The notes: generated by a model from the letters alone, not told the origin. A DNA stretch of 64,000 nt from Felis catus (GCF_018350175.1 NC_058368.1:94924001-94988000); one strand, 5' to 3'. Shown: positions 1-13,295, counted from the first letter of the stretch. Translations and numbers: made by a program.

Positions 1-817
1 TATATATATTTTTAACAAAAACAGAGAATTAGTTAAAAACAAATTCTCTCGGTGGGTATGGCCTGGTGATCATGTTATCGTGTGTCTGATACATGCAATG
101 CCATGTGTGGGGTCCCAGGGGACAAAGGGAGTCTGGACAAGGGGAGTTGACCCAGGGGAGGGGTCGAGTTCCATAACCAAGGGGAGAAATCATGTTGGAT
201 GCATCAGGATACATTTTTGGCTTCGGTGACCCAAGGAATAAAACATTCTCATGTATGTTGTGGTCACATTTTATGCAATGGGTGCTTTTTTGAAGACCTT
301 GCATAATTCAAGACAAACTTTCCCATGGCAATAAATGTAGAGTCAGGGGGATGTGTTCCAGGAGAGCATAAATCTGTAATTATTACGTTGTCTCTTGGTT
401 TGAAAGCTCTGTCCCCCCCGACCCCGCTCCCCGTAGCATTATCTTTAATATTTTGCAGAGCCTTTTCCTATATTAATAGCGTGTCAGAGTGTGTGAACGG
501 GTTTCACTGTGGCATTTTACCACATCTAACTTCCCTTGCACAGATTTCGATTTAGGGGAACTTTTTATCAGCCTTAGCACGAACATCCCCATTCAGGGAT
601 CTTTTAGGTGACAGTAAATGACATCAGTGAAGATAAATATTGGCAAAATCATCACCAGGATGCTAGCAAAGTCTTTGATATATGTAAATAATAAGAAGAT
701 TCACGGATTACAGATGCTGAGAAAAGATGGCAGGCATTTCTGTGGCCTGGCGTGTGGGAAAAGTAGAAATGGTTCCCAGGACCTCCCCTGGTCTTGAAAT
801 TATGCAATTCGTAAAAA

Positions 818-1026
818 TTTTTTTTTAACATTTATTCATTTTTGAAAGATAGAGAGGCAGAGTGCGGGTGGGGAAGGAGCAGAGAGTGAGATACACAGAA
901 TACGAAGCAGGCTCCGGGCTCTGAGCTGTCAGCACAGAGCCCAACGCAAGGGCTCGAACCATGAACCGTGAGATCATGACCTGAGCCGAAGTCGGACGCT
1001 TAACCAAATGAGCCATCCAGGCACCT
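818..1026 (-). mobile_element. CanSINE (SINEC)
   Basis: Reverse complement of the tRNA-derived head, (CT)n body and A-rich tail. Confidence 0.9.
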
Positions 1027-1444
1027 GAAATTATGAAATGCCTGATGGCTTTTTAAAAAAAATTTTGGAGTATTCACGTTAATTCTAATTTTGTGTATCG
1101 CATGAGACTGTTAAGTGAGTACTATTTTATATCACATGGTTCAGATTGGCTTTGTGTGCATCGTGGTGACAAAATGGGATCCCATGTGCCTGACGACCTA
1201 GAGCTGGAGATCTTGGGCAGAGACTGGAGGGAGGGGAGGTGGGGGTGGGGTGGCCTGCAGGGTAGTCTGGACCCAGGAGACAGCAGGCAGCAGTAAGTGG
1301 GTGAGTGTGCCTCCCTGCCTGGTGGTCTCCTCTACCTTCACGGAAATGAAAACTCACTACTTGCCTCTTCTACACCCACAGGCAAATGCCCCAGGGGGAT
1401 ACTCAGGTATGTGAATTCCCTGACTGGTTCTACAGCAGTGGTTT

Positions 1445-1514
1445 TCTTTCTTTTCTTTCTTTCTCTTTCTTCTTTTGTCTTTCTTTCTTTCTTTTTTTCT
1501 TTCTTTTTTTCTTC

Positions 1515-1564
<50 letters not shown>

Positions 1565-1610
1565 CTTTCCTTTCATCTTTTGTTTTTCTTTCTTTCTCTT
1601 TCTTCTTTTG

Positions 1611-1660
<50 letters not shown>
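1445..1660. repeat. (TTTC)n microsatellite
   Basis: About 215 nt pyrimidine tract, directly visible. Confidence 0.95.
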
Positions 1661-1661
<1 letters not shown>

Positions 1662-1855
1662 AGTTTATTTACTTATTTTGCAGAGAGACACAGAGAGAGA
1701 GGGAGTAGGGTAGGGGCAGAGAGAGAGGGAGAAAGAGAATCCCAAGCAGGGTCCCACGCTGTCAGCACAGAGCCCGATGAGGGGCTCAAACTCACGGGTT
1801 GTGAGACCGTGACCTGAGCCCAAACCGCTTAACCAACTGAGCCACCCAGACACCC
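1661..1855 (-). mobile_element. CanSINE with expanded (GAAA)n tail
   Basis: SINE body; TSD cta(c/g)agcagtggttt at 1430-1444 and 1855-1869. Confidence 0.9.
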
Positions 1856-1860
1856 TAGAG

Positions 1861-2040
1861 CAGTGGTTTCCAAAGTGTGGTCCCTCATCAACCACATCCA
1901 TGCCACCTGGGGTCTCGTTGCAGTGTGGATTCGGATCCAATCTATGGCACTGGGGAGGGGCCCGAGTTTCTGCATTCTATAGTAAGCTCCCATGGGATGC
2001 CGATGCTGGTGGTCCGAGGTCCACGTTTTTAGTAGTAAGA
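1861..2040. mobile_element. hAT-Charlie MER5A-family element
   Basis: cagtggtttccaaagtgtggtccc...gatgctggtggtccgaggtccac. Confidence 0.75.
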
Positions 2041-3780
2041 CTGTAGGGTGTCTTTACAGGCCCTTTGCTTCCATATCTCTTCACCCACTTTTACAGGTGC
2101 ATAACACCCCCCACCCTTCTTATACGACCCGAGGAATGGTTAAACAGCCTAAGTGACAGTATCAGTGATGAATTCTTCCTTCCGTAGGATACAATGAACG
2201 GGGAGTTGTGAAAAAACTCTCCCTTCTGGTGTTGGAGAGAGGATGAGGGTCCTAACTCTGACCTGGGGAGCCTGGGAAGCCAGAAGCACTTTGAGGACTC
2301 GATTGGTCTGCATAAGGCCTCGTGAGCATCAGCCACTGCCCGTGAGGGTGTCTCAGGTTTCGTGCTGCTGTTGTTATTTAATACGCCTGATCTCATAGAA
2401 AGGAGCTTTGTTTGGTGGGGGTGGGGAGCTAATGGAGGCATCAAGGTATATGATACAGCCCTTGCCCTCCAGGAATTTAATACAGCTTTTAACTGTTTCC
2501 AGAACAAGGCCTCAGCAGCCCAACGCTGGGCAGAAACCACTGCGATTCATTTTCAAGTTTCTCAGTACTTGTTCATTCTGGATAGAGAAGTTGAAAATCA
2601 TAGAGGGGGACATGCTGTACTTCTCCAGAAGCTACAGGTCCACGACGTGTCAGAATACATTCGGCCTCTTGGGGAAATGACAGGACAAGTAATTTTCAAC
2701 GTGCAATTCATCTCGGGGTGCCCACATGCAAAGACCGGCGGGCAATATGCAATCGCTGTGCGTGGGATTACTGAGATTTCTTTCTCTTCTTTAAACATTC
2801 CTTTTACTGTGGTTTGAATGATGTGTGTACAATAAGACATTCATTTTAGGAGGCCTGAGAGACTCTGAACCATTTCTATTGTGCATTGTATTGGTAAGGA
2901 TAGAATAGGGTCATTATTCCCGTACAGTCAGGAGAGCGGGAAGTGATTAAACCTTTTGATAAGAAGATAAATGATAGGAAATCCATCTGAAAGCCCGCAC
3001 TGCCCCAAGTCTGAGTTTCCACACTGAGCTCGCACAAAGACGTCCTTCTGTGCAGGGCGCCCTGGGCGGCCTCATCCCTGCCAGCTGTGGTCCCACATGG
3101 GCTGTGACCCTCTTTAAAGACCCACACCTGGGGCAGCAGGGTGGCCTGAAAGCGGAGGACCCCAGGCGTGGTCAGGCCCTGGGTTCTGTGCTCCTATAAT
3201 ACCTTTGTTCTGTGTCAGATGGATGGACACACGGATGGACGGGCAGATAGCAGTTTCTCAAGCTTTAAAGTGACCGTGATAGAGCGCTTGGCTCTACCCC
3301 AGACATCAGGTGATAGACCAAATGATAGCGTAAGTCACTTACCACCCTAAGGTATAAGCGCCCCTTGAGGGCAAGGTCCGGGAAGCCCGCCATTCTCAGG
3401 AATTTTGCACGCACACAGTGACTCATTTGAACATACCTTGACTACCTACAATCTGACTGCGCCAGACGCCGTACCTCACGTTCTGTGCCTCAGGCATGTG
3501 GCCCTCCAGCTCCCAGCTACCTCTCGCTGCGTCTCAGGTCATGGCAGAAGAAGGTCTGCTCTTCCAATCCTGAGTTTAGCAGCCACAAAGCAGGGGGTCG
3601 AGAGGAGATTATAGAAATGCTGATCTGCCGTATCGGGGCTCACCTACCCCCCTCCCTGCTTTCTGCCCTTCAGGTACAGCACTGCATCCTTAGAACTCGT
3701 GGCTGGTCCACTACCAGCACGTGTCCACTCATTTCTTTGAAACTCCTGAAGTTATGTGGAGCAGGGATACGGATTTTTGA

Positions 3781-4180
3781 ATCGCCTGGGTGGCTCATTC
3801 AGTCGAGTATCTGACTCTTGATTTCGGCTCAGGTCACTATCTCCGGGTCGTGGGTTTGAGCCCCAAGTTGGGCTCCGTGCTGAGCGTGAAGCCTGCTTAC
3901 GATTCTCTCTCCCTCCCTCTGCCCCTCTCCCCACTCGTGATCTCTCTCACTCTCTCTCTCTCTCTCTCAAATTAAAAAAAGAAAATCAAATTGGGTGCAC
4001 CTGGGTGGCTCAGTGGGTTGTGTCCAACTCCTGGTTTCGGCTCAGGTCATGATTTCACGGTTTGTGAGTTCAAGTTCCACATCAGGCTCTGCACTGGGAG
4101 TCTCTCTCTCTGCCCCTCCCCAGCTCATGCGCTCTTTCTGTCTCAAAATGAATAATAAGACTTAAAAAAATTTAAAAACA
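3781..4180 (+). mobile_element. Two tandem CanSINEs (3781-3985, 3993-4180)
   Basis: Two cctgggtggctca heads, each with (CT)n and A tail. Confidence 0.9.
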
Positions 4181-6934
4181 ACTCAAATGGTCATTTCTCT
4201 GGAGAAAAAAAAATGTTTTTTATTAAATGTCCAAGTGAATAAAAGCAAACCCCCAAACTTTACATTTGTCACCCTGTTTAGACTCTTGTCCTCTTGTCTG
4301 ACAAATGGACAACTTTGTCACCTCCACAAACCATATCCTGCTCTCTCCTTTCGGAATTAATCATGACAGGTTGACAGCACTCCAGAGAACGTTGGAGAAT
4401 ACACTGGACTCTGTTGCCTGCTTACTCTTATGTGCCGCTCATGAGAAAGCGTCAGCGCTCTATAATCCTGAATCAGGAGTTTATCAAATTAGAGCTTTCT
4501 CTGATGTCAGACTCGATTAGTGCACCAATTATTATCTCGAACAATACTGGTAAAATGAGGCCAATGATTGCATTTGCTGTCTCATATATGAAATGATTGT
4601 GTTTACATGGGTTTATTTTCAGCCGGTCCTTTATCTAGGCGTGCGGGAGAAATTGAGTTTCTAGACTGCACACTTACCTCTTAATGCTGGCTGATAAAAT
4701 ATAAAAAGAGGGACAGCGATAAGCAAAGGTCTTTGGGTTAGGAATCAAAAGATGTGAGTTTGAATCCTGGCTTTGCCGTTTACTTAGTGGCTCTGGGTTC
4801 AGAGTGGACACCTGTTTGTGTCCCAAAGGAGTCGAGTCTGAGGTTTTGCCAAGCCACCTCCATTCCTGGGGTCCCCCATCGAATCCTTGGGAGATGGTCA
4901 TTGTAGACGTGCAGCTGGCCCTGGGCATTTTGGCTCTGCCACCAGGCTGTTTTGGCAAGCCCCTGCCTGTGGGCTTCTTGAGGTGTGAGTCTGACCCAGC
5001 CTCTGTCCCCAGCATACCCCTGGGGACACAGGTCAGACTTGCCAAGTGATTCTTCGGAAGCCTATCTCAGCTGGGTTGAAAGGAGGGAAGTCTTGCCTCT
5101 CCTTCTCGACCCCAGAGTAGGAGGGAGGACCTGTAGGGGGCTCGGTGTGCCCTCATCTGTCTTTAAAGAAAGTCTGGAATCTTCCCAGCCCCAACCTTTT
5201 GGATCCACCAGGGAGATTATGGCGAGAAAAGAAATCTGCATTTGTGCAGTGGCCTGCCTGCACAAATGGCCCAGCACCCCACTTACGACGGGGCCTTTCT
5301 TGGCTCCTGGCGTTCACTGATACTTCTCAGCTTCTGGAGCTTTAGCCAAGACTAAGTCATACTGAGTCCCATTTTACCAACCTACTCTGTGCCTTGGGGT
5401 CCATGTCAGAATTTTCTGGCTCTACTGCTCAGTGCGGGTGGGATCTTCTCCCTCGAGGAGTCTCCCATCTCACCTTTGGAATTGTCCCCAAGTCATCCCT
5501 GTGTCCAGGAGCCAATACATCTGAGCCACACACAGTGGCCCCAGGAGTGACAGGTGCTTTCCTTTCCGGGGAGGGTTCCCTCAGACACCTCGCTGCTGAA
5601 GCTCCCTTGGGAAGATTTCAATCGCACACGGTGGGCCTTGCAGCCACTCTTCCAGGTAACTTGCATGATTATTTAGATTCTAGCATAAATTGTTGGTCTC
5701 CACACCTTTGTGAGTTAGCCTCCGGAAAGGAGGCTCTGCGAGGTTAAGAGCTCACCCAGGGTCCCGCAGCAGAACCGTAGCAAGAACCCGGGAGTGTGAC
5801 CACCAGTCCATTACTCTGGCCTCTAGACCTCGTGAGTTCCTTCGTCAGCTCATTATCCTCCCTTACAGTCCCTTCTCCCGTTCTGCACACGGCAGCCGAG
5901 ATGTCTGTAGATTCATATTCAACAGAATGCAGACATTTCCAGAATTCATTTCCATTTCCATTTCTGGCGCTGAGGAGGTGTTAACTTCAGAGCACTTCGC
6001 TGATCATTTTTCCTCTAGCAGCAATAATTGTTTTGAAGAACTTGACACACATTTCACCAGGGCTCAGTGCTACCGAGCGGCCAGGGAGCAGCGAGGAACT
6101 GAATTCCAAGAGCCGCGTTTGCATTGTGGTGCGCCCTGAGAGGGAGCCCGACACCCCGGTGCCATTAACAATAATGATAGGTGTGCGCTAAGCTCTTCCT
6201 CGTTGCCAGAAATATATTTCATCCTTTGGGGATCTGTTCTGATCCTTGGCCCTTCTGCGCGCACAGCCTCCGCCGCATTTGCTTTGTAATTTATGAAAGG
6301 CGTGTGTTGCAGCTGGGTGCCTCAGAAAATTTAAAATAATTTAAAAGCGTTCAACACCGTCTTTAAATTAAAGCTCCCCAAATCCCTTGGCTGACGAGTA
6401 TAATTAAACTCAGACCCACACAGGTGAGTCTTTTAAGACATCCGAGGGATCAGGAGGCCTGGGCTGGGTCTCAAGCAGGAGTAATCCCGCAGATGGGAGG
6501 GAGACAAGGTTCATCCTGAAGGCAGCATGGCGTGCTTAAGGCAGATGACGGGGTTTATCGATCAGTTTGGGAGAGCGCCATGATGCCAAGATGTCCTACG
6601 TGCTTAACAGACATCATCTTAATCATTTTACTCCACCCGTCAAGGAGGATGGATTTTGCTGCCCGTTCAACGCACTGGCCAGCAAGGTCAGGGCTGGTCT
6701 GACCGTAGGATTCTCAGCAGAACAGGAAGGCACCAGACTTTCTCCCAGTTGCCGGGGTCAGGCTCGCTCAACCAAGGGAGGCTTGCACACGTGGAGCCTT
6801 TGAGGTTGGGACCCGAGTAATCCGCTAAAAACAACGACAACAGCACTTCCCACCCTCACTTTAGATTTTTATTTTCTGGGACAGTTGTTTTTACACCTGA
6901 GGCCCTAGAAACCTTGGGCGCTGTGCAAAGCACC

Positions 6935-7090
6935 AATTTTGGAATCAGAGGGACCGGGTTCGAGGCTTGGATCTCCATCTCCCTGGTGAGTGGCCTGCAC
7001 AAGTCACATTACCTTTCAGCGTCAGCTTCCTCATCCGTAAGGAGCAGAGGGATCACTATTCATTCTGCAAAAGCTGTCTTGACAATTCAA
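6935..7090 (+). mobile_element. MIR
   Basis: tttggaatcagag...gggttcga...caagtcacattacct...cagcttcctcatccgtaa. Confidence 0.7.
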
Positions 7091-7340
7091 CAGAGCTGGA
7101 CGCGGTTTGAGCTTACCAGGGTTGGCCTACCGCCATGGTACAGGCTGGTAAGTCCCCAAGATGCTGGGTCCTTGGCACATTTCCCCAGGCTGCCGGATCA
7201 TCCCAACCTTCGCCTTATTTCCAAATCTGGAAGCAAGGGTGCATCCATAGATTCCAGGTAAATATGTCTTTGTGCTCCAAGATAGTCGGACTTGGGATTC
7301 TAGAGAAACAAATCAATTTATTTTTTAAAAGATTTTTATT

Positions 7341-7894
7341 GTCATTAATTTCCTTTTGAAAGTTTATTTTGAGAAAGAGTGTATTTGCACGCATGAAAGA
7401 GGGGTAGAGAGAGAAGAGAGAGAGACTCCCAAACAGGTTCCAGGCTGTCAGAGCAGAGCTCAACATGGGGCTCGAGCCCACAAACCCTAAGATTATGACC
7501 TGAGCCAAATTCAAGAGTTGGATGCTTGATGGACTGAACCACCCAGGCGCCCCTGAAGGTTTTTATTTATGCACGTTTTATGATTTTTTAGTGTTTATTT
7601 TTGAGAGCAAAAGAGAGACAGAGCGTGAGCGGGGGAATAGCAGAGAGAGAGGGAGACACAGATTCCGAAGCAGGCTCCAGGTTCTGAGCTGTCAGCACAG
7701 AGCCCAACACGGGGCTAGAACTCATGAACCTTGAGATCACAACCTGAGCCGAAGTCAGACACTTAACCGACTGAGCCACCCAGGTGCCCCAAGATTTTTA
7801 TTTTTAAGTAATCTCTACACCTAGCTTGGGGCTTGAACTCACAACCCCAAGATCAAGAGTCACATGCTCTACTAACCAAGACAGCCAGGTGCTC
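7341..7894 (-). mobile_element. Three tandem CanSINEs (7341-7554, 7568-7790, short older type 7795-7894)
   Basis: Three SINE heads in reverse orientation. Confidence 0.9.
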
Positions 7895-8159
7895 TGATCA
7901 CTCAATTTAGGTAACAGAGAAAAAGATGACCTTAGGCCCTGAATGATCGAGATAATGGCTTTAATTGTGTACTTGGTGGGACTGGACGCCCCCATTCCAG
8001 GGGCCCCTAGAGACGGGCAAATATGTTATCATGTTACATGTATTGTATAATAATTAATAGTAATATATGACTGTAATTTATTTTATAATATATACTTCTA
8101 TTTATAACATTGTATAATTATATATGATAACATTATATTTAATTTTAAATACATAAAAA

Positions 8160-8325
8160 TTTCATTACACGTTTTAATACTGATTACATGTGGAAATAGT
8201 ACTTTGAACATACTGAAGTAATTGTTAAAATTTATTTTGTTGGCTTCTTTTAACTTTTTCGTAGCACGTCTACTAGAAAATTATTAAAAAAATCCCCTGT
8301 GTTGGTTGTATCACATCCGTACTGC
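8160..8325. mobile_element. hAT-Charlie MER33/MER3-like fragment next to AT-rich low-complexity DNA (8035-8160)
   Basis: tgattacatgtggaaat...ctactagaaaatt. Confidence 0.55.
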
Positions 8326-8783
8326 CCTTGAGGCTCTTCCGTGTCTTGCAAGTAAGTGGTAGTTGCACAGCAAGGTTGGCTCAAACAAGGGGCTTGATTA
8401 TCTCGATTCACATGTCACTGCTCGGAAGCCTCAGAACCCAAACCCCAGGGCGGCCACAGCTCAGAATGCCTGGATCTGGAAAACACTCCCGGGTCCTCGG
8501 TGGCTCCAAGGCCTCCAGCAGTGGGGTCAGAAGTGCCCTTCAACCTGCACTGCGGTTCCACACTTCTTGTCGCTGGGCCTTTTCTTTCCTCCTACAGCCA
8601 GTGGGGAGGTTTTACGGATCTCTTGTTAAATTCATGAGAGAAAAGGGATCACACTGGCCTTCCTACTGTGATTCTTCTCCCTCAGCGTTCTTTGCAGAGG
8701 CCAGCAGCGCCCCACCGTTGCTTGGATTCCGGACAGAGCACACAGGAGGTGTAGGTGATGCATTCACGGGGCGAGAGAGCCCC

Positions 8784-9122
8784 TGGTATGGGCTGAGTTT
8801 TGTTCCCCCGAAATTTGTATGTGGATGTCCTAAACACCAGTACCTTAGAATGTGGAGGCCGGGCTTTTAAAGAGGTAATTACATTAAAATGAGGTCATGA
8901 GCTGGGCCCCAATCGACAATGATCAGTGACCTTATAAAAGCAGAGCTTAGAACATAGACACAGACAGGGAAGGACATGAGATGAATGGGGAGAAGATAGC
9001 CACTTACAAGCCAAGGAGAGCAGTCTCAGAAGCTAACCCTGCCGACATTTTGTTTTTGTTTTTTTAAAGGTTATTGATTTCCTTTGAGAGAGTGAGAGAG
9101 AGAGCACAAGTGGGGGAAGAAC

Positions 9123-9165
<43 letters not shown>

Positions 9166-9380
9166 CCCAAGCAGGCTCATCAACGTGGAGCCCGATGTGG
9201 GCCTTGATCCCATGAACCGTGAGATCATGACCTGAGCTGACACCAAGTATCAGATGCTTAACTGACTGAGCCACCCAGGGAGGCCACTTGATCTCAGACT
9301 GGTGGTTTCCAGAATGGTGAGGAGATCAATTTCTATTGCTCACCGCACCCAGTCTGCCGTACTCTTCTGTGGCAGCAAAC
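8784..9380 (+). mobile_element. MaLR LTR (MLT1B-like), interrupted by a SINE
   Basis: tatgggctgag...tttaaagaggtaatt...aaaatgaggtcat...acaagccaaggagag...aaccctgccgaca [SINE] cttgatctcagact...cccagtctg. Confidence 0.85.
9048..9283 (-). mobile_element. CanSINE inside the MLT1 LTR
   Basis: SINE motifs and (GA)n. Confidence 0.9.
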
Positions 9381-10542
9381 GAACGCCCCCCCCAAAGATG
9401 AACTTGTCCCGGGCTCAAGTTGTCTGCCTACTGAGCCTGCCTGGGCTGCCATCTTGTGATCTCGTGACTGACGAAGGCAGCCGATGAAATTTCATGACAG
9501 AAAGCCGGATCGTCCAGCTGTCTGCGCCTCCCCAAAACTGTGGCCGGAAACACAGGCCGCATGGGGAGCTCTCCCCTCACACTTGCTCTGGTGCCGCTTC
9601 AGCCAGCAGCTCCTCTCTGCTCTGTTAGCTCCTGGAGGACGAGGTCCGGTTTCCACACCTGCTGTTTACACTGCCCTTCCCTCCTGAGTTGGCAGCAAGA
9701 ACACAAGGCCTTGCCCTGGCTTCTCAGCAGCTGAGAGGCAGCCATTTTTGCTTTGAAAGTCACAAACCCGGGCAAGAGCTGCCGGCTCTTGGGTGGAACA
9801 GGCCCCAAAAGGGCAGGTGGCAAGAGCGCCAAGTGCCAAGAGGAAGCTTAGTCGTCATCCGAGGCCTTGAAACTTTTCATATGACTCAGCAAGGTTGTGT
9901 AGACGCAACTGTATCAATTATGCATCATAAATAAGTCATTTAAATGCACAATGTGCTAATTGAGTATTAGTCTAATTCATAGCAATATGGAGTAATTGCA
10001 AACCCCACCCCATCCTTCTTCAAAATGCAGACGCCAGCAGCACGGGCTGCCCTTGAGAGGCCTTGCAGTTGGGGGGACATGCCCAGAGTATATTAACGGG
10101 AGGCAGGAGAGAAATGCGGGGTGCTAAGGCTCTTTCGTGCATTTCTGTCTCTGTCTTTGCCCATCCTCCTCTGGTTGCAGAAATCTGGATGGGGCAACCC
10201 CCATCCCTCCTCTCTGCTGGCTTCTTGAGGCCAAGGATGGGACGGCTCTTTTGCTCCTGGCAGACTGTGACAGACACCCCTCACCAGCCCTGGCCTCTGA
10301 AGGGCACACCTGGCCCCGGGACCCAGAACCAAGAGCCCCGAATCGTCTTGAAATGTGTCGGGAGCCTTGTTATATTGGAAGAAAATGTCTTAGAAGGAAC
10401 AAGAGTTACAGAGTAATTTAGTTTTTAGCTAAAGGAGGATGGCGATGCTTCTAGATTAGATTCACTCGCAACAGTTACCTCCAAGGGGTGAGGTCACTGG
10501 TGGCTTTTCAGTTGGCTGCTCTGTCTATTGGTATTGGCATAT

Positions 10543-10766
10543 ATTTATTTTTCTTTTTTTTTAAGTTTATTTATTTATCTTTTGGGGGCAGGGGTGGTGG
10601 GCAGAGAGAGAAGGAGAGAGAGAGAGAGAGAGAGAGAGAACCCCAAGCAGGCTCTGCACAGCCAGCACAGAGTCCGACACGGGGCTCGAATCCACCAACC
10701 ATGAGATCATGACCTGAGAGGAATCCAAGAGTCAGATGCTTAACCGAGCTAACCCAGGCAACCCCT
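10543..10766 (-). mobile_element. CanSINE
   Basis: SINE motifs. Confidence 0.88.
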
Positions 10767-11394
10767 CATTCTTCTAAAAATAATAAAAGAGACAAAGCCT
10801 ACAAGCGTCTCCTTTCTACCCTTGAATCAGATGCCCTGCACCATGGCTGTAGCTGACGCATCCATCCCAACTGCACAGTCTGGACGGCGTCCAAGCCATG
10901 TGACCAGCCAATGGTCAAGCTCATCACTTGGAGTCTGGATGCCAAGCAGGCTTGTGGACTGGAGAGAAAGTCCATAGGAGGCAAAATCCAAAACGCATCC
11001 TCTGGTAAGGGAGGGGCCCCTGGACAGAGCAGGCTGGGAAGCACAGCCTTGGCCGCTGGCCTCAGCCCAGCTCTCTCTGCCCTTGCCGGACCTGTCTCCT
11101 CTGTGAGGTCCCCTTTCCTTGTGGCCAGATGGTGTCAAGGAGCTGGTTTCCCTGAGAGCACAGCAAAGCGTTCGTTCCTGTCTCTAAGGGGAGTATAGCT
11201 GCAGCTTTCTGCCTACAAAAACCACAGCCAAGCATCCCGCCATCTCTGCACCCCCACCCCGCCCCCCTCCTGGCAGCCACCAACTCCCCTTCCTCCCACG
11301 GGCTTGTGCATTTGAGGGAGGGAAGGAGGAGGGAACAAGGGAATGAACAGTCAGCTTTTGCCCAACTGTCAGCCAAGGGCTCTACATCAACTAA

Positions 11395-11555
11395 TCTCGC
11401 TGAATTGTCACAAGAACTCTGGGAGATTGGCGTGCTAATGGACTTTTAAAAATGAGGAAACCAGAGCCAAGGATAGAAGAAGTAAGTCAACTAACATCAT
11501 GTAGCCGGGAAACGAGACAGACAAGGTCTGAATCTGGGTTTTCTGACTTTGGCAT
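11395..11555 (-). mobile_element. MIR
   Basis: atgaggaaaccagag...tgaatctgggttttctgact. Confidence 0.6.
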
Positions 11556-12036
11556 TCAGGCTGAGGCTTTATTTCCGGTGCATCCTTCGGGGTGACAACT
11601 CGTTCTAAGACTTCACGTCTGTGATTCTTTTTCCTAAGATTTACTTCTGTGATCTGAGAGGCTCTTTTGCCTGGCTTTGCAATAGGTATAGATATAGAGA
11701 CATAGACATATATGGTCCCCTGAGCATTAATCCCTCAAGAGTGACTGCAGGGTGTCTGCACCTGGGCTGGAGAATTGTGGATAAAACAGGTCGTGTGGCT
11801 TTGCCATCCTTCCTGTGACTAGACAGGGACCTCCCTGAGTGTGGAAAGTGTCAACCACCCTGCACTGACCCTCCAGTCTCTCCCACTCTGGACATCTAGC
11901 ACTGCTCTCCCCTGAAGCAGAAGTTAAAAAGCATTGAACTGGAGTCAATACAAAGTATTGAACAGATGAGACTTTGATGTTATTTTCTTTTTTTATTTGA
12001 CCATATTCCCTATGCTGCACGTTTTATCCTGGCAGC

Positions 12037-12249
12037 TTTTCTTTTTAAATGTTTATGTATTTATTTTGAGAGAGAGAGAGAGAGAGAGAGCAGGGGAGGG
12101 GCAGAGGGAGAGGAGGAGAGAGACTCCCAAGCAGGCTCTGCACTGGAAGCAAATAGCCCATTGTGAGGCTTGATCTCATGAACCATGAGATCATGACCTA
12201 AGCAGAAATGGGGTCAGATGCTTAACCGACTGAGCCACCCAGGTGCCCT
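12037..12249 (-). mobile_element. CanSINE inside L1
   Basis: SINE motifs. Confidence 0.9.
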
Positions 12250-12409
12250 GACTTTCTCATTGCATAGCTGGGAGCCCAGACTTTCTACTCCTCTTTACCC
12301 ATTTTGCCCATCGACCCTGCCCCGACCAGCAACCATCACTGTGTTCTCTGTATTTATGGGTATGTTTCTGCTTCTTTGTTTCTTCATTTGTTTGCATTGT
12401 TCTTCTTAT

Positions 12410-12633
12410 TTATTTATTTAAAAAAAATTTTAATGTTTATTTATTTTTGAGAGAGAGGGGCAGAGCAAAAGCAGGAGAGGGGCAGAGAGAGAGGGAGACA
12501 CAGAATCCGAAGCAGGATCCAGGCTTCAAGCTGTCAGCACAGAGCCCGACTCAGGGATAGAATTAATGAACCGCAAGATCACGACCTGAGTTGAATTTGG
12601 ACGCTTAACCGACTGAGCCACCCAGGCGCCCCT
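12410..12633 (-). mobile_element. CanSINE inside L1
   Basis: SINE motifs. Confidence 0.9.
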
Positions 12634-13295
12634 GTGTTTTGTTTTTAGATTCCACATATGAGGAAACCATATGGTATTTGTCTTTCTCATTTGACTTACA
12701 TCGTTTAGCATAATACCTTCTAGGTCTTTCCATGTTACTGCAATGGCACAATCTCATTCTTTTCAATGGCTGAGTAGTATTCCTTTGTGTGTGTGTGTAT
12801 ATCTATCTATCTATCTATAGATATATAGATATCACATCTCTATCCATTCATCAGTCGATGGACACTTGTGCTGTTTCCATATCTTAGCCATTGTAAACAA
12901 TGCTGCAATAAGATGAACCTTTTATTCTATGCCTTACCATGAAGCCTACGCAGTATGTGTTTGTTAGAATCACGTAAAACTTACACCACCGCTGTGGTCC
13001 ATTTAATAATGTGACTCACTGTTCTTTCGATGCAGTTTAGGAAGTTCTTGTGAGCCCAACTACCCAGGCACTATTTCACATAGCCACCTGTGACGTTTCT
13101 GTGTTCTTCTGAGGGTGGGTGAGACATGGAGGCTAAGCAAAACTGAATAATACTCTGAAGGAATGTGGTCCAGAGAAGCAGACCCCTTTGAAGATGCTAG
13201 AGCGATAGCTGAGGGCAGAGTTTACCGAATTCCCTGCCTTTCTCTGCCATCCGTATGGTTTTTGTCATTACAATAGATTGCTGAGCCATTATTTA

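Larger units (their letters stand above)
11990..12915 (-). mobile_element. Carnivore L1 3' fragment interrupted by two SINEs
   Basis: tagattccacatatgagg...tggtatttgtctttctc...gatggacacttg...aatgctgcaata are L1 3'-end motifs. Confidence 0.8.

Noticed and set aside
1297..1817. Phe/Leu/Ser-rich ORFs resembling membrane proteins
   Set aside because: Translations of the (TTTC)n microsatellite and the SINE.
2091..2840. Overlapping 149-151 aa ORFs
   Set aside because: No recognisable homology; open on both strands with non-ATG starts, consistent with chance.
8328..8870. 180-aa ORF
   Set aside because: Starts at TTG, runs into an MLT1 LTR and has no recognisable domain.
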